Shown here piece by piece: positions 49,101 to 59,670 of a DNA stretch of 64,000 nt. Position 1 is the stretch's first letter. Each line of letters opens with the position of its first letter. The position numbers and the translations under genes were made by a program. Origin of the DNA: Macrostomum lignano (taxonomy: Eukaryota). Location: contig NIVC01000076.1 in the NCBI GenBank assembly GCA_002269645.1, positions 62,001 through 126,000 on the forward strand, in the 5' to 3' direction. Under the pieces are notes generated by a model that was not told the DNA's origin, made no database searches, and worked only from the letters and a program-made list of their open reading frames with translations.

Positions 49101-50202
49101 GCTTCATCGACCCATATTGATACTTAATGACGTCATCAACCCATATGGATACCTAATGACGTCATCGACCCGCATTTATACCTAACTAATGGCGTTATTG
49201 ACCACCTGATATTTGCTGATGTCATCGACCCGCATTTATACTTAATGACGTCATCGACACAACATTGATGCTTAATGACGTCCTTGACCACCTGATATTT
49301 GCTGACGTCATCGACCCGCATTTATACTTAATGACGTCATTGACCCTCATTTCTCTGATCGATAATTACTGAGACGTTATCAATCAATCGATCCTCGTTC
49401 TTGATACCTATAGACCTCGTTTATACGTGTCATTGATGACAGTAATAATCAAGCAGAGCTTATAAGTGACTATTCAATACAACTTTTCTGAATGATTTCA
49501 AAAAATGATTTTATTAATCAAAGTGATGATAAATAAACTTAATATTCCCTCAATCATTTGAAACGAAATCATTGACACTTGTAGCTGGCTTATTTACTGA
49601 CATCATTAACTACATTCATATTTAGCATACATGCGCAACCTAGGGGAATCGGCCGTTTGTTTCCATTGGCAACACACACATGTAAGTGCTATTGGCTGAG
49701 AGCAGTCACGTGACTACTATTCCGTCCAATAGCGACTTACATGTGTGTTGCCAATAGAAACGGCCGGGTGAATCCCTAGGTTGCGCCCAAGCATGATATT
49801 TAGAATTTAGTTAGGCCATGATTCCAGTTCACACTACCTTAACTCGCATTGCGCAGGTGCTCTGCATTTTACGATAAATCGGAATCGCCGCCATCCTATG
49901 CCCCCGTATTCTCTGACCGGCTAAAAGTTCGCAGTTCGTCTGCCTCATCGGCCGATTCGTCTGCTCAACGAACTCTAACAGCTTCTCAGGCTAGAGCAGC
50001 TCTGCTCAGGCCCGGCCTAGACTATTTGTCTACTGCTAATCCTCTGTCGGCCTCTCTGACACTGCCGGTGCAGAATCATCCGGCGCTGCCATTTATTGCT
50101 GAAACTCTGGCCGAGTGTTGGACACCAGCTAGCGTTGGTAAACGGCTTAGCCCGGCCAGTCTGCACGCCAGGTTCTCGTCTTTGGCGCCAAATTTTGTTT
50201 GA
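46108..50202 (+). CDS. Single-pass TGF-beta type II receptor (BMPR2/Wit-like) pseudokinase; exons 46108-46533, 47519-47757, 48613-48963, 49857-50202; 453 aa
   Basis: TM FAIFLAASIGLYAGLGCLLLACIGIVW followed by RRRRRLNRRR. Kinase subdomains CVAKLF, SEL, CLLLELATGGCL, SWSDFCRLA, LRYAAPELL, DSYSLGLILWEVATR|CSAFY..PPSYAPVF (cf. BMPR2 [28 protein letters not shown]), ETLAECW..RLSP. Introns GT-AG, phases 0, 2, 2 consistent. Confidence 0.75.
46540..47400. repeat. 21-bp minisatellite in receptor intron 1
   Basis: GATTCTCTGATCCCCATTTTA / GATTCTCTAATCGCCATTTTA units. Confidence 0.95.
49020..49345. repeat. ~29-bp degenerate repeat carrying six TGACGTCA palindromes, receptor intron 3
   Basis: TGACGTCA at 49041, 49128, 49157, 49246, 49303, 49332. 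Confidence 0.8.
49626..49795. mobile_element. CAT-ended hairpin MITE, 170 bp, perfect 8-bp TSD
   Basis: CATACATGCGCAACCTAGGG ... CCCTAGGTTGCGCCCAAGCATG. ATATTTAG at 49618-49625 and 49796-49803. Central GTCACGTGAC. Confidence 0.88.
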
Positions 50203-51013
50203 AATTTCTTTTCAATTTACCGGCTAATTAGCTGACGACGCATTAAAGCTTGATTTTTAATGCATTGTTGCTCCTGCCGCTTATTTACTTTTTAAAATAA
50301 ACTCAAAAGAATGACTATGCGATTTTTTAGATTAGTTCTATAACTAATATAATACTCATTAGATGTCGAGGCCTCTCATTATCCTAACAAAATAATAGCT
50401 ACTCGCGCCGTTTACCCATCGCAAACTTCAACATTAATGGAAATAGAAAATTATTATAACCCCTTCACTGCTTTGTGCAATTATGCACGAAATGTTACTT
50501 ATTAAAACCATATCTACACCTGTAAGTCGATACTAGTTTATAATCATAGCCTCAAAACTAATTAGATGACGAGGCTTTTCATTAATAAGGCTAATGTATA
50601 GTTACTCTCGCCCTTTAAACCCTAAATATTCACTTGTATTTTGCCTCTACCCCTTCTCTCCCCTTCTCCTTCCTAAGAAAAAATAACACTCTCTGAAATT
50701 GGAACAGCAGCTTAATCCGATTGGTATTTGCATAGAGAAATATTAAATTTCTTCTTTTTTAACCTGCATCTAGTCAGTCCTAATCATGAAAGCAGAACGC
50801 TGAAGCTATCGGAGCCCGCCCCACGATTGCATGCCAGCTGCTTTTCGATTAACCAATTCGAATTTTATCTAGTCGCTTCTTATCCTGTTACTTGAGCTTC
50901 AACTGGTTCTTCTCTCAGCTGCTTTTTGCACAGCGATGCTGCAATGTTAATTTGGATTTTATCACTGCGCCTTTTTATTGCTTCACTGCTGTATTGTGTC
51001 AGCATGTAAGTCC

Positions 51014-51189
51014 TGTCTGTCTCTGTCTGTCTGATTGTCTGTCTTAGTACCTGTCTGTCTGTCTGTCTGTCTGTCTCTGTCTGTCTGATTGTCTGTCTTA
51101 GTACCTGTCTGTCTGTCTGTCTGTCTGATTGTCTGTCTTAGTACCTGTCTGTTTGTCTGTCTGTCTGTCTGATTGTCTGTCTTAGTACC

Positions 51190-51222
<33 letters not shown>

Positions 51223-51460
51223 GCTTTAGTACCTGCCTGACTGTCTGTCCGTCTGTCTGTCTGTCTGTCTGTCTGTCTGCTTTAGTACCTGCCTGACTGT
51301 CTGTCCGTCTGTCTGTCTGTCTGTCTGTGTGTGTGTGTGTCTGACTGTCTGTCTTTCTAGTGTCTGCCTGTCTGTCTCTTCCTATCTGCCTGTCTCCCTT
51401 TGAGCCCACCAGCTGTCTGTCTGTCTTACCGCTACTGTCTCTATCTACTGTCCCCTTCAT
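51014..51460. repeat. (CTGT)n compound repeat
   Basis: CTGT runs punctuated by TTAGTAC. Confidence 0.93.
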
Positions 51461-52774
51461 TATTCATTCGCTTGCCTAAAGTGCAACGCCCCCTAACTTG
51501 TTGATCACTTACAGCAGTGTTTAATTCGCAATCGAATTCAGCTCTATTATCTTTCATTCTGAGTGTAAACTTGTTTTTTTTATTTGAGTACTTTTTTGAG
51601 CACCAATCTTTTTAAGTCACCTCCACAGGGAATCGCGAAGTGAATATGCACTCAATAATTCATTGCTGAATCTCCGTAACTTCGTGCAGTGACTTCGTGC
51701 TAAATATTTTTCAGTACAAACTTGACCCAGTTTGCTACTCACTTGGCAGTTATTGCTGGGAGGCAATCTCTGTTGTTATAACTGTTAAATGCTTGTAACT
51801 ATGGAGATTATATTTCTTCAATTCGTTGTGTACACACGCATCCTCTTCATACGAGCTTTGTTGACGGCCGATGAATTTTCCCAATGATTTTTTATGGCTT
51901 ACTATTTATTATTAGTATTAATTATTAGTCTGGTGTACATTCGTGTCTTCGTGAACAGATTTTGTACACAGTACGTGGATGTATTTTTCTAGATAAAAGA
52001 TCTAAGAAAAATTGTTTTGTGGCGTTTATACTGCAAATGAAAGTGCAATAAGTACTTTATATACTCTTTAGCTTATATTTGTCTTGCCCGTTTTTTAACT
52101 GTTTTGTCCGCTTATAAATATGCATTGTGTACTTATTAATACAGATACTCAATAGAGTTAACTGCCACGCATATTTGAGCATGTTCGTCTGCGTCTCTCC
52201 TATTCACTGCTGCACTTTTAACTTTGATAATACGAGTGTACTTTAATTATGGTCATTGTTGTTCTAATATATTTATATTTGTTTTTTAAGTCATTGTCAG
52301 ATTTTCTATTAGCATATTAAGTATATACCCAACACAATTCTTTTGGTACTGTTAAAATAAAGAAATAAAATTGCAAATATGCCAATCCAATAGTTTATCT
52401 TTCTCCTTTTTTATTATTGTAGAAACTAATTTCAGTTTTTTATCTCAACTTTTCTCACTTATTGTCAGTAATTTCTTTTCTATTTTTAACTTTTGTGTTT
52501 CTTTTTTTGCGTTTTTCCACTTACCTTTGGCTCTACTGTCTATTAGTGCAATTTGCGACAGAATCTAGATTATTTACTCGATAGTTTGAGTACTGACTGA
52601 TGATGTTACCTTTGCAGCAGGTCAATACAAATACAGATGGACTTAATATATAGTGGCGTTATGTTAAGCAATAAAAGCTTTGCTTGTTTCATTTTATTCT
52701 ACACATTTTAGTGGCTATAGCGCTTATTAGTATCCTTTTTCTGACATTTCCATTACAATCCGTGTTTTATATCC

Positions 52775-53450
52775 TAATATGACCCCCATTTGCATGTAGA
52801 TCCTAACATGACCCCCATTTCCATGTAGATCATACCATGACCCCCGATTTACATTTAGATTCCGCAATGGCCCACCAATTTACATTTAGATCCCACTATG
52901 GCCCACCAATTTACATTTAGATCCCACAATGGCCCACCAATTTACATTTAGATCCCACTATGGCCCACCAATTTACATTTAGATCCCACTATGGCCCACC
53001 AATTTACATTTAGCTCCCACTATGGCCCACCAATTTACATTTAGATTCCACAATGACCCACCAATTTACATTTAGATTCTGCAATGGCCCATCAATTTAC
53101 ATTTAGATTCCACAATGGCCCACCAATTTACATTTAGATTCCGCAATGGCCCACCAATTTACATTTCGATTCCACAATGGCCCACCAATTTACATTTAGA
53201 TTCCGCAATGGCCCACCAATTTACATTTCGATTCCACAATGGCCCACCAATTTACATTTAGATTCCGCAATGGCCCACCAATTTACATTTAGATTCCGCT
53301 ATGGCCCACCAATTTACATTTAGATTCCGCAATGGCCCACCAATTTACATTTAGATTCCACAATGGCCCACCAATTTACATTTAGATTCCACAATGGCCC
53401 ACCAATTTACATTTAGATTCCGCAATGGCCCACCAATTTACATTTAGATC
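52775..53450. repeat. 31-bp minisatellite, ~21 copies
   Basis: TTACATTTAGATTCCGCAATGGCCCACCAAT and variants. Confidence 0.95.
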
Positions 53451-55742
53451 CCTTCCGCTCCCTAAGTTGCCTTTCGCATTCTCCGTTTCCCCGTCTCTAT
53501 TCGCAAAAGTTTCCCTACTTGAGCACAAACGCAGCATACATTGCTGATCATAATTTTCGCTTGCCTCATTCTCTTCCCCATTTACTTTTTTAGTTTCAAT
53601 GTAGAAAAGTTTTTCAACTCGTTAAAAATCGCCCCCAAAGCTGTGCTAATTTCCCGTTTCCCTGATTTTATCAGCCTCCCCGCAAGTTCAGATCCGTTAA
53701 AAATCTACGAATTGCTGGTCTGTTTCCCAGGAGAAAATTGAAGCAATTATTGTGTCAGTTTTTTGACGAGAACAATTTTTTCGCAGGAAACCTGCACTCA
53801 TTGAAAAAGTGCACTGGTAGTTCTATATTAGTTTTATATAAAATCGATATTTACCAATACCATGTCAGCACTCTGCCTTCCCAGTCTTTTCTGTAGAGCT
53901 TTAAATTAGGGATCATAGTGTGCGTTTTTTTGGCCTATTCATTAGTAGTTAGTCATCCCGTATCCACCAATGTCCACACTGGTCAAGTGCTGCTGTACCA
54001 GTTATTAACGTTGAAGTAATTATAACCCATCGATTTATTATTTATGATACCTTGCCTGGCAGAGACGCATTATTACATTGTATTCCAACATTCAGACTAA
54101 TAGAATTCATATAGTCGTAACTGCGACTTTCGTAAGTGACCGCGTATTATAGAGGAGTCAATGTACTCTAAAAAATCTCTTCCTTGGCTTAAATTTCCTG
54201 CAGTCAATTTTCAAGTAAAGCTTTTGTGCTGTGCTGTCGACTTCCTGTACCAGCACCAGCGCTCTTTGCTTTTCGTACTCCGCTTTGTTAATCCTATATG
54301 AGCTTAGATTCTCGGGCGTCTCCGCTAAGTAGCCATGTTAATTCTGCCGCGTCAGTTTCTTGCACCCTTGTCAACCACTCCCTCACTAATACTGTATTGT
54401 GTTGGGTCAAAGCCGCTGCTATATGTGTGTATAGTGAAAGACTTTTCGACTCTTGACTTCTTCTTTCTTCTGGCGTTAGTTCTACAATGAAGTGGTTCCA
54501 TATTCCATTACTAAACTTCCACAGCGTATGGGACAGAGTTGCAGACAGTCAATAGCTTTCGACACACACACAGAGTGCTTCCTTCTATTTGCATAAACTG
54601 CGCCGGGATAGCAAAATGATGCTGGCTGGTAGCATTATAAGACTAGTGGGCTGGCACTCACATAGAATGTACTGCGGCCCTGAGTTTCTAATCGTCAGAT
54701 ATGTACACTCAACACTTGCATAAAAACTGAATTACAAAAAACTATGAATTAGAAGTCCTGGAGATCTTGGAGATGGAGATTTTCTAAGAGTGAAAGTGGC
54801 GAGTGAGTATTATTGGAGAGTGACAGGTGGCAAGCACTCAAGAATATACGGTTTCGTATTGTCTATCACAATTTTTTTCGGTAAACATTTCATGAAAGAA
54901 ATAAAGAGCGAGTCAACATTCGACACATTTCATCTTTATTTGCAATTCAAAAGTCCAGATGGACGCGCTTCACGCCTTGTACGTTGCATTTGACCAGTTT
55001 GCTTGACTAGAGCTGAGTACACAAGGAGAGAATGTAGCAGAATTTTACCCAAACGAAAAAGCCGGCCGCTCAATAAAACAAAGCTGGTTTTTTGTTAGAG
55101 TTCCCTTGGGTCCGGTCTAATCCATATTGATCTTCTGCTGTGCTCTACTCTGCTCTGCCGGTTAATCATCTATCGCAGCCGGCCTGTCCCCCCGTGCATC
55201 TCCCTTATCTTGTTCGTGCACTAGTTTCTCAATGTCCTCTCTTATGTTTTAGTCAGAAAAAAGAGCTAATCTGTATTCTGCAACAAGCCTTAGCTAAATC
55301 CATTGGGAAATTGTCACTCACAAATTGCTATAGAGAAAAAAATGAAAAATCTACAAATTACAGCTGATTTTGGTTTGGGGCATCGGTGCTCAAATAAACC
55401 CTAAACAAAGCTTTCCGCGTACTGCCCATAGTGCTTACCTGACTGTTATAGACAATTTTTCAGTAGCGCAGCAGACAGTTTTATTATCTTACGTTAATAT
55501 TACATTATTGAGTTTATTTTTTGCCTGCAGGCATATTAGATGCAGCAACTATAGTGGACTGAATCAATAGCTGATGATGAGAAAGATGGGTTGGAGACTG
55601 CTTGGCCAGTTAGGTCTGCGTACTTTTTGCATTCCGGCTTCTATATATAGAATCTACTTGCCCTGCGTGCATATAAAACATCCGAATTCTCCGTCTGTCT
55701 TAGCCTTTTTGCCAACGTTCCGAATTAATTCTATTTGTGCGC

Positions 55743-55744
<2 letters not shown>

Positions 55745-55812
<68 letters not shown>
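55745..55812. repeat. (CT)n microsatellite
   Basis: Perfect dinucleotide run. Confidence 0.97.
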
Positions 55813-55814
<2 letters not shown>

Positions 55815-56154
55815 CCTGTCTGTCCTTCCTATTCTATGTTGCAATTCGTTTTACCTTCTAGTCCACATTGCATTGCATATTCTTAGTAGCAATTCTAATG
55901 GTTAATCCCTTTAGTACTTTTGTTTGTTGCTTTTTTGTCTTTTAAAAAGGACACGATGTCACTAAAATGGGTGATTCAATATTAGTCACAAACTATACTT
56001 TACAACAAAACACACTCAGTATGAACCGAGAGACAACATCTGTAAGATTTTTTACTGCCAAGCTTGACACGGATTATTATTTAAAAACATAAGCAATAGA
56101 AATTTTTAATTCAAGAGGATAACATCTTATCTAATTCAGTCTATGTTTATTCTC

Positions 56155-56480
56155 TACCTAAAGCCTATTGCAAGTCATTCTCCACCTAAAGCCATAGACT
56201 ACTGCAAGTCATTCTCCACCTAAAGCCATAGACTACTGCAAGTCATCTTCTACCTAAAGCCATAGACTACTGCAAGTCATCCTCTACTTAAAGCCATAGA
56301 CTACTGCAAGTCATACTCCACCTAAAGCCATAGACTACTGCAAGTCATTATCTACCTAAAGCCATAGGCTATTGCAAGTCATTCTCTACCTAAAGCCATA
56401 GACTATTGCAAGTCATTCTCCACCTAAAGCCATAGACAACTGAAGTTCATTCTCTACCTAAAGCCATAGACTATTGAAGG
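56155..56480. repeat. 34-bp tandem repeat upstream of the PCGF gene, ~9 copies
   Basis: ACCTAAAGCCATAGACTACTGCAAGTCATTCTCC. Confidence 0.93.
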
Positions 56481-56622
56481 TCATTTTTGACGTAGAGCTA
56501 AATTTTACGTAACTAGCATTGTTACTGAGTGTGGTAATTAATTAATAAGTTATCTAGTTAACTTCACTTAGCTGCACTAAAACCCATAACTATACAATTA
56601 AAATTTCAGTTGCAAAAATACC

Positions 56623-57435
56623 ATGCACAAGCTAGTACACCTGCCAATCAATCAATTAAACGAGCACATCACCTGTCGCCTATGCCAGGGCTACCTGATT
56701 GACGCTACTACCATAGTAGAATGCTTGCACGCCTTCTGTCGCTCGTGCCTATTGACCCATCTGACTCAGCAGCACGCCTGTCCAGTATGCGATATCCAGC
56801 TGCACAAAGGCGATCCATACCGCGCCATCCGCCTAGACCGGGCGCTGCAATCGCTCGTGTACAAACTCGTGCCCGGCCTATTCAAATCTGAGATGACTCG
56901 TCGCCGTCAGTTCTACGTTGAGCATCCTTCGGCTGGGTCTGACCGAGCTTTGAGTCCGGAGAAACGCGGCGATTTATTAGCGCCAGAGACTGCTAGCCTA
57001 GTCCAGGACGACGAACGGGTGTCCTTGTCGCTTGAACTGGCCGACACTAAGCGAATCCGTAATGGCCGACTGCTCAGAACTGATTGCGTTGATCAGACTC
57101 GGGCTTGTTACCTGCTAGCGCCCGCCTGTCTTACTGTGCAACAGTTGCAAAAATTTCTGCGATTGAAACTGGACCTACGACCGACTCAGTCTATTGCAAT
57201 ATTCTACACTGAGGACTGTTTGCACGCCGACTTCTCTATTATGGATATTGCCTACGTGTACGCTTGGCGTAGGAAAGGACCTTTGAGACTGTTTTACACC
57301 GTGCTTGAGTCGGCTGCCGCTAGGGCATCTGCTGGAGCTGCTGCTGCGGCTGCTGCTGCTGGCTGTCCCAGCTCAACTTTTGGGTTGAGCAGCTGTTCCG
57401 CTAGCGACAGCGGGGCTGATGCCAATTCCAGCTGA
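56623..57435 (+). CDS. BMI1: Polycomb group RING finger protein, BMI1/PCGF2/Psc class (RING + RAWUL), intronless, 270 aa
   Basis: LNEHITCRLCQGYLIDATTIVECLHAFCRSC..CPVCDIQLHK..IRLDRALQSLVYKLVPGLFKSEMTRRRQFY closely tracks BMI1. RAWUL-like YLLAPACLTVQQLQKFLR..DIAYVYAWRRKGPLRLFY. The symbol marks the subfamily, not proven one-to-one orthology. Confidence 0.88.
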   Translation: MHKLVHLPINQLNEHITCRLCQGYLIDATTIVECLHAFCRSCLLTHLTQQHACPVCDIQLHKGDPYRAIRLDRALQSLVYKLVPGLFKSEMTRRRQFYVEHPSAGSDRALSPEKRGDLLAPETASLVQDDERVSLSLELADTKRIRNGRLLRTDCVDQTRACYLLAPACLTVQQLQKFLRLKLDLRPTQSIAIFYTEDCLHADFSIMDIAYVYAWRRKGPLRLFYTVLESAAARASAGAAAAAAAAGCPSSTFGLSSCSASDSGADANSS

Positions 57436-57589
57436 GGTGCAGTGCAAGCTTGGGGTTTTTTGGCTAGGGTGATGGCTTTCATCTTCAGATTACAAAGTCT
57501 AGAGCAGGGGTGTCCGGCCCCCCGCGAAGCCTCTATCCGGCCCTTGGTTACTTTGAAACTTCACCATAGCAATCCAGCCCTCTCGAGGC

Positions 57590-57775
57590 TTCTCTTTTCA
57601 GCTCTCTCTTCTCTTCTTCTCTGCTCTCTCCCTTCTCTGCTCTCAGTCACCTCTCTTCTTTGATCTTCTCTCTCCCCTTTTCTTTTCTCTCTCCCCCTTC
57701 TCTCCCCTCTCCCCTCTTCTCTCATCTCTCATCTCCTCTTTCCTTTTCTCTCTACTCCCTTCCCTCTCCTTTCAT
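57590..57775. repeat. CT-rich low-complexity tract
   Basis: Direct inspection. Confidence 0.8.
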
Positions 57776-58217
57776 TCGGCTTGCAGCCATGAGCAAGATT
57801 AATTATCTGGCCATTGAGGCAAGTAACTTTGCCGACCCCTTGTTGTAACTCAAAAACGATCAGTTAAAATTCGACAAATCTGTTCGGATTGTCGATGGAA
57901 CTCTTGCAGAATCTTTAATCTTATGTATTCTTCAACTATTGCTCATGTTAATAGGAAAGAATTGTAATTTTTGTATCATAATTGTGCTTATGAAATTGCA
58001 TAATCTACTGTTGAAAAATGAATCTCTTTCCTGTTCTATTATTAGTGAATGTTAGCCGCATGTTTCTTTGCCTACAATTGTGGAAATAATTGCGCTAAAA
58101 ACTCTCTCGATATCTTTATTTTCTCAGTCCTATTTTCTAGAGCACATATTTGCCTGAGTTGCTTTGGCCTGACAACTAAATAGATTGGCTGATTAATATG
58201 CAATTCCATCTGCTGCA

Positions 58218-58981
58218 TAGTAGTATAGTATCTAGCTGTGTACTAGTAGTATAGTATCTAGCTGTGTACTAGTAGTATAGTATCTAGCTGTGTACTAGTA
58301 GTATAGTATCTAGCTGTGTACTAGTAGTATAGTATCTAGCTGTGTACTAGTAGTATAGTATCTAGCTGTGTACTAGTAGTATAGTATCTAGCTGTGTACT
58401 AGTAGTATAGTATCTAGCTGTGTACTAGTAGTATAGTATCTAGCTGTGTACTAGTAGTATAGTATCTAGCTGTGTACTAGTAGTATAGTATCTAGCTGTG
58501 TACTAGTAGTATAGTATCTAGCTGTGTACTAGTAGTATAGTATCTAGCTGTGTACTAGTAATATAGTATCTAGCTGTGTACTAGTAGTATAGTATCTAGC
58601 TGTGTACTAGTAGTATAGTATCTAGCTGTGTACTAGTAGTATAGTATCTAGCTGTGTACTAGTAGTATAGTATCTAGCTGTGTACTAGTAGTATAGTATC
58701 TAGCTGTGTACTAGTAGTATAGTATCTAGCTGTGTACTAGTAGTATAGTATCTAGCTGTGTACTAGTAGTATAGTATCTAGCTGTGTACTAGTAGTATAG
58801 TATCTAGCTGTGAACTAGTAGTATAGTATCTAGCTGTGTACTAGTAGTATAGTATCTAGCTGTGTACTAGTAGTATAGTATCTAGCTGTGTACTAGTAGT
58901 ATAGTATCTAGCTGTGTACTAGTAGTATAGTATCTAGCTGTGTACTAGTAGTATAGTATCTAGCTGTGTACTAGTAGTATA
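58218..58981. repeat. Near-perfect 26-bp tandem array, ~29 copies
   Basis: TAGTAGTATAGTATCTAGCTGTGTAC; only two variant units seen (near 58560 and 58812). Confidence 0.98.
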
Positions 58982-59414
58982 GAACCAATTAGAAGCTAAG
59001 ATCAATTTTCAACTTCCTGTATAGATAGACCGAGACAAACTGGTATTGCTACTATCAGCCCTAATTATATGGGTAATTATTGCTGGTAAAAATGCTTATC
59101 TGATGTGCATTATATAGCCCTTTGTGTACTTTAAGCTTTGTCGGTTAATTTAAACTTTGAGTGCATCGTTATTAATGGCTTTTTAATGACTGAATTCGGG
59201 TACTTATCTGTAAATTGTCAGTGTGAAATTTTACTTTTCAGTTCTTCTCCAATTTTTATAGGTTTTTACTTATTTGCTGCAGGTAAACTATATTTTCGCT
59301 CTTTTATTTTTATTATTTAGTCTTTTATAGCCAACTAATTGTTTTTTATTCTGTTTGCCATGTTCTTTGTATATTGTCTTTCTTTATTGCTTTTTACTTT
59401 ATTGTAAAATTGGC

Positions 59415-59670
59415 TGTATGTGTGTCTGTGACCGTCTGTCTGTCTGTCCGTCTGTCTTTCTGCCTGTCTGTCTGTCTCTCTGTCTGTGTGTCTTAGTGTC
59501 TTAGTATCTGGTTGTCTGCCTGCCTGTCTGTCCGTCTGTCTGTCTGTCTGCCTTGTCTCTGTCTGTCTGTGTGTCTGTCTGTCTGTATGTGTCTGTCTGT
59601 CTGCCTTGTCTCTGTCTGTCTGTGTGTCTGTCTGTCTGTATGTGTCTGTCTGTCTTTCTCTGTCTGCCTG
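59415..59670. repeat. (CTGT)n compound repeat
   Basis: Direct inspection. Confidence 0.9.

Noticed and set aside
58218-58981. Regular arrays as CRISPR candidates (also 697-1078, 31660-32148, 52775-53450)
   Set aside because: Head-to-tail units without unique spacers, no cas genes, eukaryotic context.
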